In this document: positions 36,456 to 45,367 of the stretch, piece after piece
How the letters are laid out: each line of letters begins with the position of its first letter
How positions within the stretch are numbered: position 1 is the stretch's first letter
Source of the DNA: a virus
Taxonomy: Duplodnaviria; Caudoviricetes
IMG/VR virus record: IMGVR_UViG_3300038312_000302
Coordinates: 1-46,223 of that record
Direction: 5' to 3' (one strand)
DNA length: 46,223 nucleotides
Translations under genes and position numbers: made by a program
The notes under the pieces: model-generated
Databases searched by the model: none
The model's input: only the letters and a program-made list of their open reading frames with translations
What the model was told of the DNA's origin: nothing

Positions 36456-37306
36456 TATACGAAATAGTTTAAGATGTTGGAAAAAGAGTCTATATTGTCG
36501 ATAAGCCCCAATTCAAGAGCTTCGGGTGCAAAATACATTTTACCGGTGCCCCAGGATGATCGATCTGCAGTTAGTTTGCCTTCACGGTTTGTTTCGATCA
36601 TTGTAAGAAACATTTCATTGTAAGTGTCAGCTGTTTTTTGTACTGCCTTTGTATCACCTTTCAATGCATCGTAGTAATCCTTGTTTTTATCCTTAGATGC
36701 AGATGCGTATACTTCAATGATATTGATACCTTCTTTTTTGAATTTCTCTACATAACTTACAATATTCATATATGTACCGATAGATCCTACGCGAGCATAA
36801 TCGCTGTTTGCAACAATTATATCGGCACCTGAAGCAATTCCATAAGCAGCTGAAGCAGCCATATCTGAAACAAATGCTACAATTGGCTTGTTACGCTTAG
36901 ATATTGTTTCGGTAAGTAAACGCATTCCGAGACCGGAACCACCACCAGAGTCGATGTTCAATACTATTCCCTTAATATTATCATTTGAATAGCATCTTTG
37001 AAGAATTCTGGATTTTGTAATCATGCCGGCAGGTCCGCAATTTTGATCGTGCTTTTCGATAACACCGCTGATGTCGATAATAGCTATTGAATCCTCAGGT
37101 GCATCTTCGGGAGCAACATCGTCTCCATATTCTGATATTTCAAAACCGGTTGCATTATTGACTGCTACACGGAAAAAATCATCCTGTTTAGGTTCAACAG
37201 GCTGAATATTTCCTTTGAGATAGGATATGACAATGGGCAGGTAGTTGGAAGCGAATTGTTCTTCCATTAACCACACGTTGGAGAGAATTCCATGTTTATG
37301 TAACAT
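36455..37306 (-). CDS. S49 (SppA/ClpP-like) prohead protease
   Basis: LNIDSGGG, MAASAAYGIAS, VGSIG, ALELGLID. Confidence 0.92.
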   Translation of the reverse strand: MLHKHGILSNVWLMEEQFASNYLPIVISYLKGNIQPVEPKQDDFFRVAVNNATGFEISEYGDDVAPEDAPEDSIAIIDISGVIEKHDQNCGPAGMITKSRILQRCYSNDNIKGIVLNIDSGGGSGLGMRLLTETISKRNKPIVAFVSDMAASAAYGIASGADIIVANSDYARVGSIGTYMNIVSYVEKFKKEGINIIEVYASASKDKNKDYYDALKGDTKAVQKTADTYNEMFLTMIETNREGKLTADRSSWGTGKMYFAPEALELGLIDNIDSFSNILNYFV

Positions 37307-37348
37307 TGGCAGTATTGGTTTTACATTATGAGCTCAAAAAAAGTAATT

Positions 37349-37383
37349 CAAAAGTACCGGTAATCAACAGGCAATTAAAGGAC
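37349..37383 (-). promoter_or_regulatory. Putative late promoter GTCC-N27-TTTG (head operon)
   Basis: Exact spacing shared; here the -7 box is the canonical TACTTTTG. Confidence 0.65.
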
Positions 37384-37449
37384 GGTTAAAATTGGCGTAA
37401 TCGATTATATATATTATCTGCAATATTTAACATATTGTGTTATAACTGT

Positions 37450-37884
37450 TTACTGTTCTAATTTGAGGATAGGTATCGGTTGACGACCAACAAGTGAAAC
37501 CATCTCGCCAGTATCTCCTTCGGCACGATCTGATGTGATTGGATATACAGATCCGGAAAGCGGGAAAGAAAGAGTGCCGTAAACTGTCTCATTTCCCATT
37601 GGATCCGTAAGTACTGCGATCATTTTATTGAATGGCCGTAAAATCAGATCTGTTTGATTTTTTGCCGAAATAGATATGTTTATTTCGTAAATAAGTCCGC
37701 TTTTTTCTCTCGTCGGTGAAATTACCGGAGAAATACCATCTTTTTTGGCATCAATATCTAAAAATGAACTTTCGGGTTTTAAAGTGATTTTTGCTCTTTT
37801 TCCGATGATCACGAATGAATCAATATATTTTGTTTCTATTATCCTGGCACGGATGAAACCGCCCATTCTGTCAGTTGTATTCAT
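37450..37884 (-). CDS. Hypothetical virion-associated protein
   Basis: 144 aa; DRMGG start resembles the ENMGG of 34185-34850. Confidence 0.6.
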   Translation of the reverse strand: MNTTDRMGGFIRARIIETKYIDSFVIIGKRAKITLKPESSFLDIDAKKDGISPVISPTREKSGLIYEINISISAKNQTDLILRPFNKMIAVLTDPMGNETVYGTLSFPLSGSVYPITSDRAEGDTGEMVSLVGRQPIPILKLEQ

Positions 37885-37963
37885 GTTTGTAAATATTATA
37901 TAAGTGATTGATATTTAGTGAGTGGTAAATGTTTTACATGTTTTGTGTAATAAAGAGGACATA

Positions 37964-38443
37964 TCAGGCCATCTGCTCGCTGTAATTTTTCTCCTTTTTT
38001 CGCCGATTAAACTCATTTCGTCGCAAACGATAGAATTCTTTTTTATAGGCATCCTCTGAAATGGAATTAATTCCGTATTCGCACATGAACCAGTGAATTG
38101 ACTCGATATATGTAATTCCCTGGCGTTTGTTTGTTCGAAGCCGATGGTGGAGCTCTTCGAACATAATTTCTTCAATCTTTTTCTCGATAATAGACTGAGA
38201 TCGGGCAGATAGGTAGTTGTAATATTCCGGTCGTTTGCCAACAGCACGTGAAGGAAGAATGATTTCGAGATTACCGGTATCAAAAGCAGGAGCGTTTACA
38301 GGTCGTTTTGCCATCAGATCCCATATTGTTATATAAATATCGGATCCGGGCGGAAATGAAACTGGTTCGTCGCGACAACCGGCGAGCCAACCTTTGACAT
38401 ATTCTGCCAGGTGTGCTTTGATTTTGATTTTTGTTGTAATCAT
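37964..38443 (-). CDS. Hypothetical protein, candidate late-gene activator
   Basis: 159 aa, basic HTH-like C-terminus (FMCEYGINSISEDAYKKEFYRLRR); at the early/late boundary. Confidence 0.6.
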   Translation of the reverse strand: MITTKIKIKAHLAEYVKGWLAGCRDEPVSFPPGSDIYITIWDLMAKRPVNAPAFDTGNLEIILPSRAVGKRPEYYNYLSARSQSIIEKKIEEIMFEELHHRLRTNKRQGITYIESIHWFMCEYGINSISEDAYKKEFYRLRRNEFNRRKKEKNYSEQMA

Positions 38444-38507
38444 ATTTTTAAATACTTGACAGTTAATAGTTTATTAATATTAAGTTACAAAATATATTTC
38501 GAATTTA

Positions 38508-38538
38508 CAAATGTAATTCGAGAAATATTCTGAATAAT
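38508..38538 (-). promoter_or_regulatory. Promoter -7 box plus a sequence shared with the immunity region
   Basis: TACATTTG (38508-38515); ATATTCTGAATAAT (38525-38538) identical to 45349-45362. Confidence 0.55.
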
Positions 38539-38581
38539 TATTATCTAGTAAGGTGCCCTGCGTAATACATAGGTTTTTTTT

Positions 38582-38810
38582 TGTGCAATCGTGCGTTTTT
38601 TTTATACTGTTTATGTATAAAGCTGATATACAGGTTTATATGTCTATTTTTTGAACGTACTATTTTGTACTATCCTGTACTTTTTCGTACTATTTACGTT
38701 TTTGTGCGGAAAAGTACAAATCGTGCGGAATCGTGCGAAATTCGTGCAGAGTTAAATTAATGATATTTAACGGTTTATGTGTTTAAATTTTTGGTTTGCA
38801 CGATTGCACA
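38582..38810. repeat. Iteron-like array, putative replication origin
   Basis: 13-bp inverted repeats TGTGCAATCGTGC (38582-38594) / GCACGATTGCACA (38798-38810) enclose nine GT(A/G)C units at ~10-bp pitch; AT-rich flanks. Confidence 0.7.
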
Positions 38811-39060
38811 GTTTTTTTGTTCCTTTTTTTATAAGTCTATTTTCAAAATATAATAATAAATAAATAATATATTATATGTCTTGGCTGTTGTTTGGCTGTA
38901 TGTGATTTTGCGCCCTCTCCTGGGATTGATTTTTTAGCGTCTGTACAATTGTTCCATTTCTTAAAGTACCACGGAAAAAGGATGCAAAGGAAAAACCGCG
39001 AGCGAAAAGAAAGGTATTATAAAAGGAATTCGTGCACTAACGTGCACTCATAAGTAATAA

Positions 39061-39092
39061 AATAGCCCCACGCTTCACAGCGTAGGGCTATT
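39061..39092 (-). terminator. Terminator of the early/replication operon
   Basis: AATAGCCC-CACGCT..AGCGT-AGGGCTATT hairpin. Confidence 0.75.
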
Positions 39093-39114
39093 GAAGTGAT
39101 AATCTTTAATTGAA

Positions 39115-39426
39115 CTACTGGTATACTGCTTCGCAAAGGAACTCGTATTCGGCCTGTAAACGCTTCACTCCTACAACTACTGCAATGCCTCGTGTAGCAA
39201 GCTCAAACATACGCTGCAGAGTGATGGGACTTTCCCTTAGATTGTGCTCTTCTGCACATACAAAGTAACATTGTTGAATGTCGTAATCATATACAGTTGG
39301 CTTTATAAGCTTTGATGCGTCTACAGGGGTTAGTGCAAAGCCCAGGCGAACCATTGTTGCCTGGATTAATTTGCGCCGTTCTACTCTATCGGGGTGAACT
39401 ACTACTATGATTTTGTTTTGCTTCAT
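39115..39426 (-). CDS. Phage hypothetical protein
   Basis: 103 aa, last gene of the early operon. Confidence 0.7.
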   Translation of the reverse strand: MKQNKIIVVVHPDRVERRKLIQATMVRLGFALTPVDASKLIKPTVYDYDIQQCYFVCAEEHNLRESPITLQRMFELATRGIAVVVGVKRLQAEYEFLCEAVYQ

Positions 39427-39444
39427 AATCGTAATGTTATTTTG

Positions 39445-39708
39445 TTAGTAATGATTTTCTAACTCGTAATGTATATCATTGCTGTCTGTTCTCTCATCAC
39501 GTCCACATTTAATAATGCTACATTCTAAATCTCTCAGACTACAATAATCACATGCATACCTAAGGTCTGTATCTTTTACGGCCTTGTGACGCTGTTTAGA
39601 CTTGTTATCATTAACTGTAGTTATCGTTTTTCCAATTGTTGTTTCGATCATAGTTGTGTTATTGTAGTTATGCCAATGGCTGGTAGGTTGTTTTGTAATT
39701 GTTTCCAT
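39445..39708 (-). CDS. Hypothetical Cys-containing protein
   Basis: CDYC..C...C..ER.D...Y C-terminus; start probably METITK. Confidence 0.55.
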   Translation of the reverse strand: METITKQPTSHWHNYNNTTMIETTIGKTITTVNDNKSKQRHKAVKDTDLRYACDYCSLRDLECSIIKCGRDERTDSNDIHYELENHY

Positions 39709-39709
39709 T

Positions 39710-39853
39710 CTATTCTTTATTATTGTCATAAAACCTATTTTCTAATATCTTTACACGTCCCATCTCTAGATACTTTTTTCCCATTGAGGTATCTACCGTT
39801 TCCGGGTTTTTGCTGAAATCGTCTTTTTGTTTTACTAGTCTGTTGTATGTCAT
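39710..39853 (-). CDS. Small hypothetical protein
   Basis: Start MTYNRL is ATGA-coupled to the upstream stop. Confidence 0.45.
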   Translation of the reverse strand: MTYNRLVKQKDDFSKNPETVDTSMGKKYLEMGRVKILENRFYDNNKE

Positions 39854-40095
39854 ATCGTTTCTATTTTTTGTATTACATGTCTTAAATATCCGTAGCTGGT
39901 GGAGTAGGCTTTGCGAATTGGACAATACTGCCCTTCTTGCATGAGATCTGTATCATTAATTGGCAGGTATGAACCCAGCCAAATAGAAGGTAATGCAGAC
40001 TTCGGATCTACCTCTATTATCATCCCGGTGTCATCGCAAATGAAACTTTGAAAGTCCTGCCCGGAGTTTAAGAGTGTTACTTTTGTTTTGCTCAT
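39850..40095 (-). CDS. Hypothetical protein
   Basis: 81 aa, ATGA-coupled. Confidence 0.65.
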   Translation of the reverse strand: MSKTKVTLLNSGQDFQSFICDDTGMIIEVDPKSALPSIWLGSYLPINDTDLMQEGQYCPIRKAYSTSYGYLRHVIQKIETI

Positions 40096-40322
40096 ATTGT
40101 TCTGTTTTTTAAGTTGTATAATTCTCTTTCTGCTCTTATTAACCGCCGGAGTAAAGGCTGCAGTTTACGCCTTTCGATTTCGTACATCCTGCGATAATAT
40201 TCTGCGCTTCGTTGTGCTTCATTTATTTCTTTTTGCTGCTTAGTAGCGAAGCGACCGTTGCGATCTCTTATGTATGTTCGCCTGGTAACTACCGGCTCTA
40301 AAAATGAGAGTTGTGTGTTCAT
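40092..40322 (-). CDS. Hypothetical basic protein
   Basis: Start MNTQLSF, RDRNGRFA motif; ATGA-coupled to 40319-40432. Confidence 0.65.
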   Translation of the reverse strand: MNTQLSFLEPVVTRRTYIRDRNGRFATKQQKEINEAQRSAEYYRRMYEIERRKLQPLLRRLIRAERELYNLKNRTI

Positions 40323-40432
40323 ATTAGTAGCTTTACGATTATTATTAAAAGCCACACTGCAATGATTGCAGTTAATACTTTGGTTGTTTTGTCGGCTGTT
40401 TTACCGAATAAAATCTGTTCTAACTTTTTCAT
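40319..40432 (-). CDS. Unannotated 37-aa single-pass membrane peptide
   Basis: MKKLEQILFGKTADKTTKVLTAIIAVWLLIIIVKLLI; stop overlaps the next ATG. Confidence 0.55.
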   Translation of the reverse strand: MKKLEQILFGKTADKTTKVLTAIIAVWLLIIIVKLLI

Positions 40433-40476
40433 GTTGTTTAAATATTGATTAGTAAAATATTTGTCAGTGTTGTCAG

Positions 40477-40698
40477 TTATTCTTTGAATGGCCGGACGTT
40501 ACGGATTGCATTTTTGGCGTCGTTACGCATGTTTTCATAAGCCTGTTCAACTGCATCATCGGGATGTAATCCGTAACGTGCTTCAGCTGCTGCACGAAGT
40601 GCATTGATTGAGTAGTAATCTTCTGCTATGACTCTGAGAGCTTCACGCATTTCATTAAATTGTCTTTTCTTTCTGTTGTTAAATGGAATTATTGCCAT
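40477..40698 (-). CDS. Hypothetical protein
   Basis: Start probably MAIIPF, just after the primase stop. Confidence 0.6.
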   Translation of the reverse strand: MAIIPFNNRKKRQFNEMREALRVIAEDYYSINALRAAAEARYGLHPDDAVEQAYENMRNDAKNAIRNVRPFKE

Positions 40699-40717
40699 GT
40701 CATTATATTTATAGTGA

Positions 40718-43700
40718 TTAAAATTCTTTAGCTTTAGGAGTGAAGGGTAGGTTATCATTACTATCTGTTACATCTGGGCGTTCGTCTCCATTGCTCCATT
40801 TGTCTGCATCGCCGATGAGGAAATACTCGACACCGCCAGCTTTGTCATCATCTACCGGGCGACCATCTCCATCGAAGAACATGCTTAGACCGGTTACCGG
40901 ATCGTATTTATGTGGGTTGAATTTATATCCTTTCCACTCGCAATATTGACGTATTTTCTTCTTGAAGATTGTAGCTGTTGTGTATTTGCGTTGGTCTGGA
41001 GCATACTCCAGGAATTTCTCGTATAACTCACGACGTACGAGGCGTGTGTTTCTGCGTGTATCGTCAGAGAAGTATTCATCTGCCCATGAAAGGAAATCTT
41101 CGCCCATAGATTGACGTAACTGCCGTTGTTCGATACGATCTGAAGGAGCTTCAACTACTCCGAGACGTAGATAAAGTTGCACGCATTCGGCCAGAAGATT
41201 CCACATGAGGTTCCATTGTTCAAAATCCCACTCATCAAAAAATAACACGCCGAAATCATCAACCGGTTTGTGAGTGTCGTTGTAGTAGTCGGAGAAAGCT
41301 ATTTTCCATTGTCTATCATTGAATGAGGATCCTTCTCCATTAAGAGCATGGTTAGTTGTGATGTATATTTTTGGTGATTTGTAGAATGAAAGAGTTGCGC
41401 GACGATCACCCTTATAATTGACAGACCAGTCGCCAGTTATATTGGCAAACAAGAATTCAAAAGGGAAATTGGTGCGAACGTCGTCAACAAATACAATTTT
41501 TGTTTTCTCTGTTAGTTCATCCCAGAGAAAGTTATCTTTATCGATATCACGATGCTTACCATTTATGCTGATTGTTGGAATTACGTTCTTAAGCATTTCA
41601 CCTATGATTGATTTACCCGAACGGCCGTTTGACAAGCCTACTTCGGATTGTTTGCCATCCATGGCAACAACTGCACGGGAGACTGATCTATCTTTTGCCG
41701 ATAGCAACATATAACCGATTGCACATAGTTTTGATACTAAGTGAGTGTTGTTCTCTGATATTTCATGCTCGGATATTTCTTCCCCTTTTTTCTCTAATCG
41801 CCAGGTGAAATTTGATGCGTTAACAAGGAACTGAAGGAAGTGACATTTACTGCCATTGGCTGTAATGTTTACATCGTAATTTTTATCGTTTTTCTTTACG
41901 TATAAAAGTGGTGTTGTGCGTTTAGCTTGAAAATTGTTTACCTGCTCGCGCCATAGCTGGTGTGTTATTGAGGTGTAGTCGGTTTCTTTTATACCATCTT
42001 CGCGCACTTCCCAAAAGTTATCTTTGAAGTAGAACATTTGACGATCTCGGCGAGGATCTTCGAAGTTAGGTTTGTAATAGTATAGGTTGGATAGTTTTTC
42101 GGGGCCTAAGAATTGTGGGCCACCACGGTGTAACATCTCTAGCACTTCTTCGTTTGCAATCTCGCGCGTAAAGTCTTTTACGAAGTCGCGTATTTTGTCA
42201 GTACTGGGTACTGTTTCAATAAATGGGTGTTCTACTCTGATATAATCGAATGTGCCATCTAATTTTTCGAAACGATAAAAGCCTCTGTTTTGAAGGAAAC
42301 GGAATGAACGTTCATATCTAAATTTATATTCTTTACGTTCGTTTCCTTCTCTGTCGTATTTTACGATTTCGTCCCAATACTTTTCTTCCGGCTCTATTGG
42401 TTGAGCTGATTCGATATCGCCTGTTTCGTTGAAGCGCCAGCGATACTTACCAATACGAAACTCAGGAAGGTTCTTGAGCACGTTGCGATGAACCTTTGCG
42501 AAATCAGATGCATTGTTTAGACTCCAAAGATCAGCTATTTTTGAATCGCTTAATGTTGTAATTTTGTGTAACTGGAGATATTTACCGGAGAGCGAGCGTT
42601 CATTTATCAGGTAATCGATGTCTGCCTTAAGCTCTTCCTCTTTTCCTTTTAGGCTATTTGCCAAAAGGTCGTCAATACCCTTGTCGTTTTTCTCATTTTC
42701 TTTTACATGGCCAATAAATATTTCAAGATGTATTGATCGTGAATTGCGAAGCTGTACACAATATTCTTTAAAGTTTTTTGCAGCTGTGAAAAATGAGCGA
42801 GGACGCTGATCGGCAAAATCGTTTATATTTAAATTATTTGAGATATTATTCCAGTCTGAATCAAATAGTAAGACAACCTCTTTAACCTTGCATGAATGGA
42901 TTAGCTTAACAAGATCTTCGTGTAGAACTCCATTACGCCCTAGATTATGTATGCCGGATATAGCAACTGAAGGTATCCCTTCCTTACATGCTTTTTCTGC
43001 TTTCTTCTCACCTTCCTGTATAAATAGTCGTTCGATTTCTTCACCAGACTTATACTTTTCGCGGATCTTATGCGGTATATAAATAAACGATCCGGAGCCT
43101 GCAGGTGATTTGTATTTGAATGGTTTGCCATTTTTATCTAAATGCTCATTAGGGAATTGCCAGCGTACACGAAAATACTCTTTAATCTTACCGGTGCCTT
43201 TTCCCTTCAGGACCTGTTCGTATTTAACCGGTTCGCCTTCGAGGTCGTAATATTCAATTATAACATCATCACCATCTATTATTTCGTTGCGACTGTTTAC
43301 TGTACCTGCACGAAATACATTTGAAACGGTAGTTGTTTTATTTTCGTCTTTGAGAATTATTTTTGCTTGTACGTCTGCAGCTGTTAACCCCGATTCTTTA
43401 AGCATTTGAGCACAATATGTGCCTTTGCTTTTTTTCTTTTGTTTTTGCTCTGGCTTTTCTAACTGTATATTGAATTGACGTGCCAATTCGCTTAATGCTT
43501 CGGGAAATGTTTTGCCGAGCTTCATGTAGAAACTTACAGGATCGTTGCCTCCAAATCCACATTTAAAGCATTTAAAGATGTTTTTCTTTTCGTTGAACTC
43601 GAAACCTTTAGTTTCCTGGCAACTGGGACACTGACCATGGTATGTAGTGCCACGTCGAGCCATTGGGATATTATCTTGTATTACATCGAGAAGACGCCCT

Positions 43701-43747
43701 TCAGCAGCTTTTTTTATTCTTTCTGTATCTTTTTCTGAAATAAACAT
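40718..43747 (-). CDS. Primase-helicase replication protein (Zn finger + TOPRIM + P-loop)
   Basis: CPSC...FKCFKC zinc finger, QEGEKKA, FDSD, KGIDD TOPRIM motifs, GRSGKS Walker A, VFVDD Walker B. Confidence 0.9.
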   Translation of the reverse strand: MFISEKDTERIKKAAEGRLLDVIQDNIPMARRGTTYHGQCPSCQETKGFEFNEKKNIFKCFKCGFGGNDPVSFYMKLGKTFPEALSELARQFNIQLEKPEQKQKKKSKGTYCAQMLKESGLTAADVQAKIILKDENKTTTVSNVFRAGTVNSRNEIIDGDDVIIEYYDLEGEPVKYEQVLKGKGTGKIKEYFRVRWQFPNEHLDKNGKPFKYKSPAGSGSFIYIPHKIREKYKSGEEIERLFIQEGEKKAEKACKEGIPSVAISGIHNLGRNGVLHEDLVKLIHSCKVKEVVLLFDSDWNNISNNLNINDFADQRPRSFFTAAKNFKEYCVQLRNSRSIHLEIFIGHVKENEKNDKGIDDLLANSLKGKEEELKADIDYLINERSLSGKYLQLHKITTLSDSKIADLWSLNNASDFAKVHRNVLKNLPEFRIGKYRWRFNETGDIESAQPIEPEEKYWDEIVKYDREGNERKEYKFRYERSFRFLQNRGFYRFEKLDGTFDYIRVEHPFIETVPSTDKIRDFVKDFTREIANEEVLEMLHRGGPQFLGPEKLSNLYYYKPNFEDPRRDRQMFYFKDNFWEVREDGIKETDYTSITHQLWREQVNNFQAKRTTPLLYVKKNDKNYDVNITANGSKCHFLQFLVNASNFTWRLEKKGEEISEHEISENNTHLVSKLCAIGYMLLSAKDRSVSRAVVAMDGKQSEVGLSNGRSGKSIIGEMLKNVIPTISINGKHRDIDKDNFLWDELTEKTKIVFVDDVRTNFPFEFLFANITGDWSVNYKGDRRATLSFYKSPKIYITTNHALNGEGSSFNDRQWKIAFSDYYNDTHKPVDDFGVLFFDEWDFEQWNLMWNLLAECVQLYLRLGVVEAPSDRIEQRQLRQSMGEDFLSWADEYFSDDTRRNTRLVRRELYEKFLEYAPDQRKYTTATIFKKKIRQYCEWKGYKFNPHKYDPVTGLSMFFDGDGRPVDDDKAGGVEYFLIGDADKWSNGDERPDVTDSNDNLPFTPKAKEF

Positions 43748-43759
43748 ATGGTTAATTGC

Positions 43760-44185
43760 TTAGTCTTGTTGTAAATAATTTGGATCTATCCATGAAATTT
43801 GGCGGGTGTCGAAAGCCTCCTGCAGTGTAACTCCCAGATGTGAGCAAAGTGCTTTATATTGAGTTTCGGTAAGTTTTGTTTCTCCCCGGTAAGCCGACCA
43901 CCATTGGCGTTGTGTCATACCTACTGCACGGTAAAACTTTTTTGTTGGTCTGAAATACTCAGGATGCACGAATTTTAGCTTCACCACTTCGTATGCAAGA
44001 TTTCTGAACTGATTTTTTATTGGGAAGATCCGCTCCCGATGGATGTAAAGTTTGAGGTCGTACTCGTGTACTTGAAGATGTTTCGCCATCTCCTTCGTTG
44101 TCATTCTTCCTATATGCGTTCTCACGAATTTTTCGTGCTTCCTCCAATTGGTCTGTGTCGGTTTTTTTAAATCTGCTGTAGTCAT
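43760..44185 (-). CDS. Putative DNA-binding protein
   Basis: Two HTH-like segments (TTKEMAKHLQV; VGMTQRQWW...LCSHLGV); directly upstream of the primase. Confidence 0.7.
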   Translation of the reverse strand: MTTADLKKPTQTNWRKHEKFVRTHIGRMTTKEMAKHLQVHEYDLKLYIHRERIFPIKNQFRNLAYEVVKLKFVHPEYFRPTKKFYRAVGMTQRQWWSAYRGETKLTETQYKALCSHLGVTLQEAFDTRQISWIDPNYLQQD

Positions 44186-44396
44186 CTGAAAATAAATATT
44201 CGCCCGGGTGCATGTGAATTATGGCAGTTAATAAATCTCTGAATAATGGTTCTGTTTCCTTTTCGCAAACATCGCTGATAGCGAATGATTCTTTTGAATG
44301 CATCAATGTTGCTTTGCGGTAGACTCTTTTTACGTATTCCCAAAATTGTTTTTCGCCCATTTGGTTACGGTATCTGTTAAGTAATTCAATGTTCAT
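43959..44396 (-). CDS. Hypothetical protein whose 3' half overlaps the next gene
   Basis: Starts 1 nt after the upstream stop; 227-nt same-strand overlap with 43760-44185. Confidence 0.6.
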   Translation of the reverse strand: MNIELLNRYRNQMGEKQFWEYVKRVYRKATLMHSKESFAISDVCEKETEPLFRDLLTAIIHMHPGEYLFSDDYSRFKKTDTDQLEEARKIRENAYRKNDNEGDGETSSSTRVRPQTLHPSGADLPNKKSVQKSCIRSGEAKIRAS

Positions 44397-44397
44397 A

Positions 44398-44658
44398 TCA
44401 ATTAGTGCGTGATTTAAAGGTTATGAATTCGTTCAACACCAACTGTAGTTTGGATAATTCGAAAAATGGTAAGGTGCGATATTTTAGAACTGTAAGATTT
44501 TGTAGTGTCACAATGTGAACTATTTCAATGATTTTAGAATTGTTTAAGCGTGTAATGTCGGCATCGTTGAGGCAGAAATTGAATCTGATTTGTCTGTTCT
44601 CGTCTGTTAGACGAGAGTGTTGAATTAGATATGTATATTCTTCCATGGCATTATGCAA
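44398..44658 (-). CDS. Hypothetical protein
   Basis: 86 aa in a tightly packed operon. Confidence 0.6.
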   Translation of the reverse strand: MHNAMEEYTYLIQHSRLTDENRQIRFNFCLNDADITRLNNSKIIEIVHIVTLQNLTVLKYRTLPFFELSKLQLVLNEFITFKSRTN

Positions 44659-45031
44659 TTAAATCTTCGCGATGTCTGTGAGAACGTGATCGAGTAACAA
44701 CTCTTTCTGTTCTTGCACGAGTTCGCAAGCGAGGTTGAGTAATTTGTGAGGTTTCCTTTATTTCTCCATAGGAGAAGATTATCAAGAGTGCTATACTTAC
44801 AATTTTAGTTACCAGGGGTGAGAGACTGAAACTAATATTGAAGTGAGTGCAAAACCACCAGGCAGAAAGCTCATTAATTTTAGAGCAGCCTGTTTTCTCG
44901 TATATATTTCTGACATGCTTATCAACAGTGTGTTCGGAAATAAAGAGAAGGCGGGCTACATCTTTTTTTGCTGCCCCCCAGGCTATCATTTCTGATATTC
45001 GCTCTTCCTGTCTTGTTAAGAATGCTGTCAT
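44651..45031 (-). CDS. LuxR-type HTH protein with C-terminal hydrophobic segment
   Basis: LTRQE..I....AWG...KDVARLLFISEHTVDKHVRNIYEK; ATGA-coupled to the cro-like gene. Confidence 0.85.
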   Translation of the reverse strand: MTAFLTRQEERISEMIAWGAAKKDVARLLFISEHTVDKHVRNIYEKTGCSKINELSAWWFCTHFNISFSLSPLVTKIVSIALLIIFSYGEIKETSQITQPRLRTRARTERVVTRSRSHRHREDLIA

Positions 45032-45246
45032 GATCCCCAAATTTCATAAATGCCATATTCGTGAAAAATAGCCTCTATGGCTTCCGCTTCTGATACCTTT
45101 GGCTCAACGGTGCCATCGATACGTAATTTCCATGATGCACGTGAACTTGGTTTTAAATTAAGGGCTTCTGTAATTTTTCGTCGAACTTCAGCCGCATCCT
45201 TTTGCTGAACTTGCGAGAAACCTTTTTTAAAAGAATATTTATCCAT
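45028..45246 (-). CDS. Cro-like early regulator
   Basis: 72 aa, first gene of the operon divergent from the repressor; EPKVSEAEAIE motif. Confidence 0.65.
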   Translation of the reverse strand: MDKYSFKKGFSQVQQKDAAEVRRKITEALNLKPSSRASWKLRIDGTVEPKVSEAEAIEAIFHEYGIYEIWGS

Positions 45247-45284
45247 TTTGATGTTTTTGGCGGTAAATACTGTGTTTACGCTAT

Positions 45285-45314
45285 TTTGTTGCGTTAATTA
45301 TTTATTTACCTTTG
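45285..45314 (+). promoter_or_regulatory. Putative repressor (lysogenic) promoter
   Basis: TTTG-N18-TACCTTTG. Confidence 0.55.
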
Positions 45315-45334
45315 TTTTGTTTTTATTTACGTTG

Positions 45335-45367
45335 CAAACATACGGAATATATTCTGAATAATACAAA
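45335..45367 (-). promoter_or_regulatory. Early lytic promoter with operator-like palindrome in its spacer
   Basis: TTTG-N21-TATGTTTG; CGGAATATATTCTG at 45343-45356, related CGGAATAAATTCTC at 45373-45386. Confidence 0.7.

Noticed and set aside
38640-38760. Short periodic repeats considered as a CRISPR array
   Set aside because: Units are ~10 bp without unique spacers and no cas genes are present; better explained as iterons
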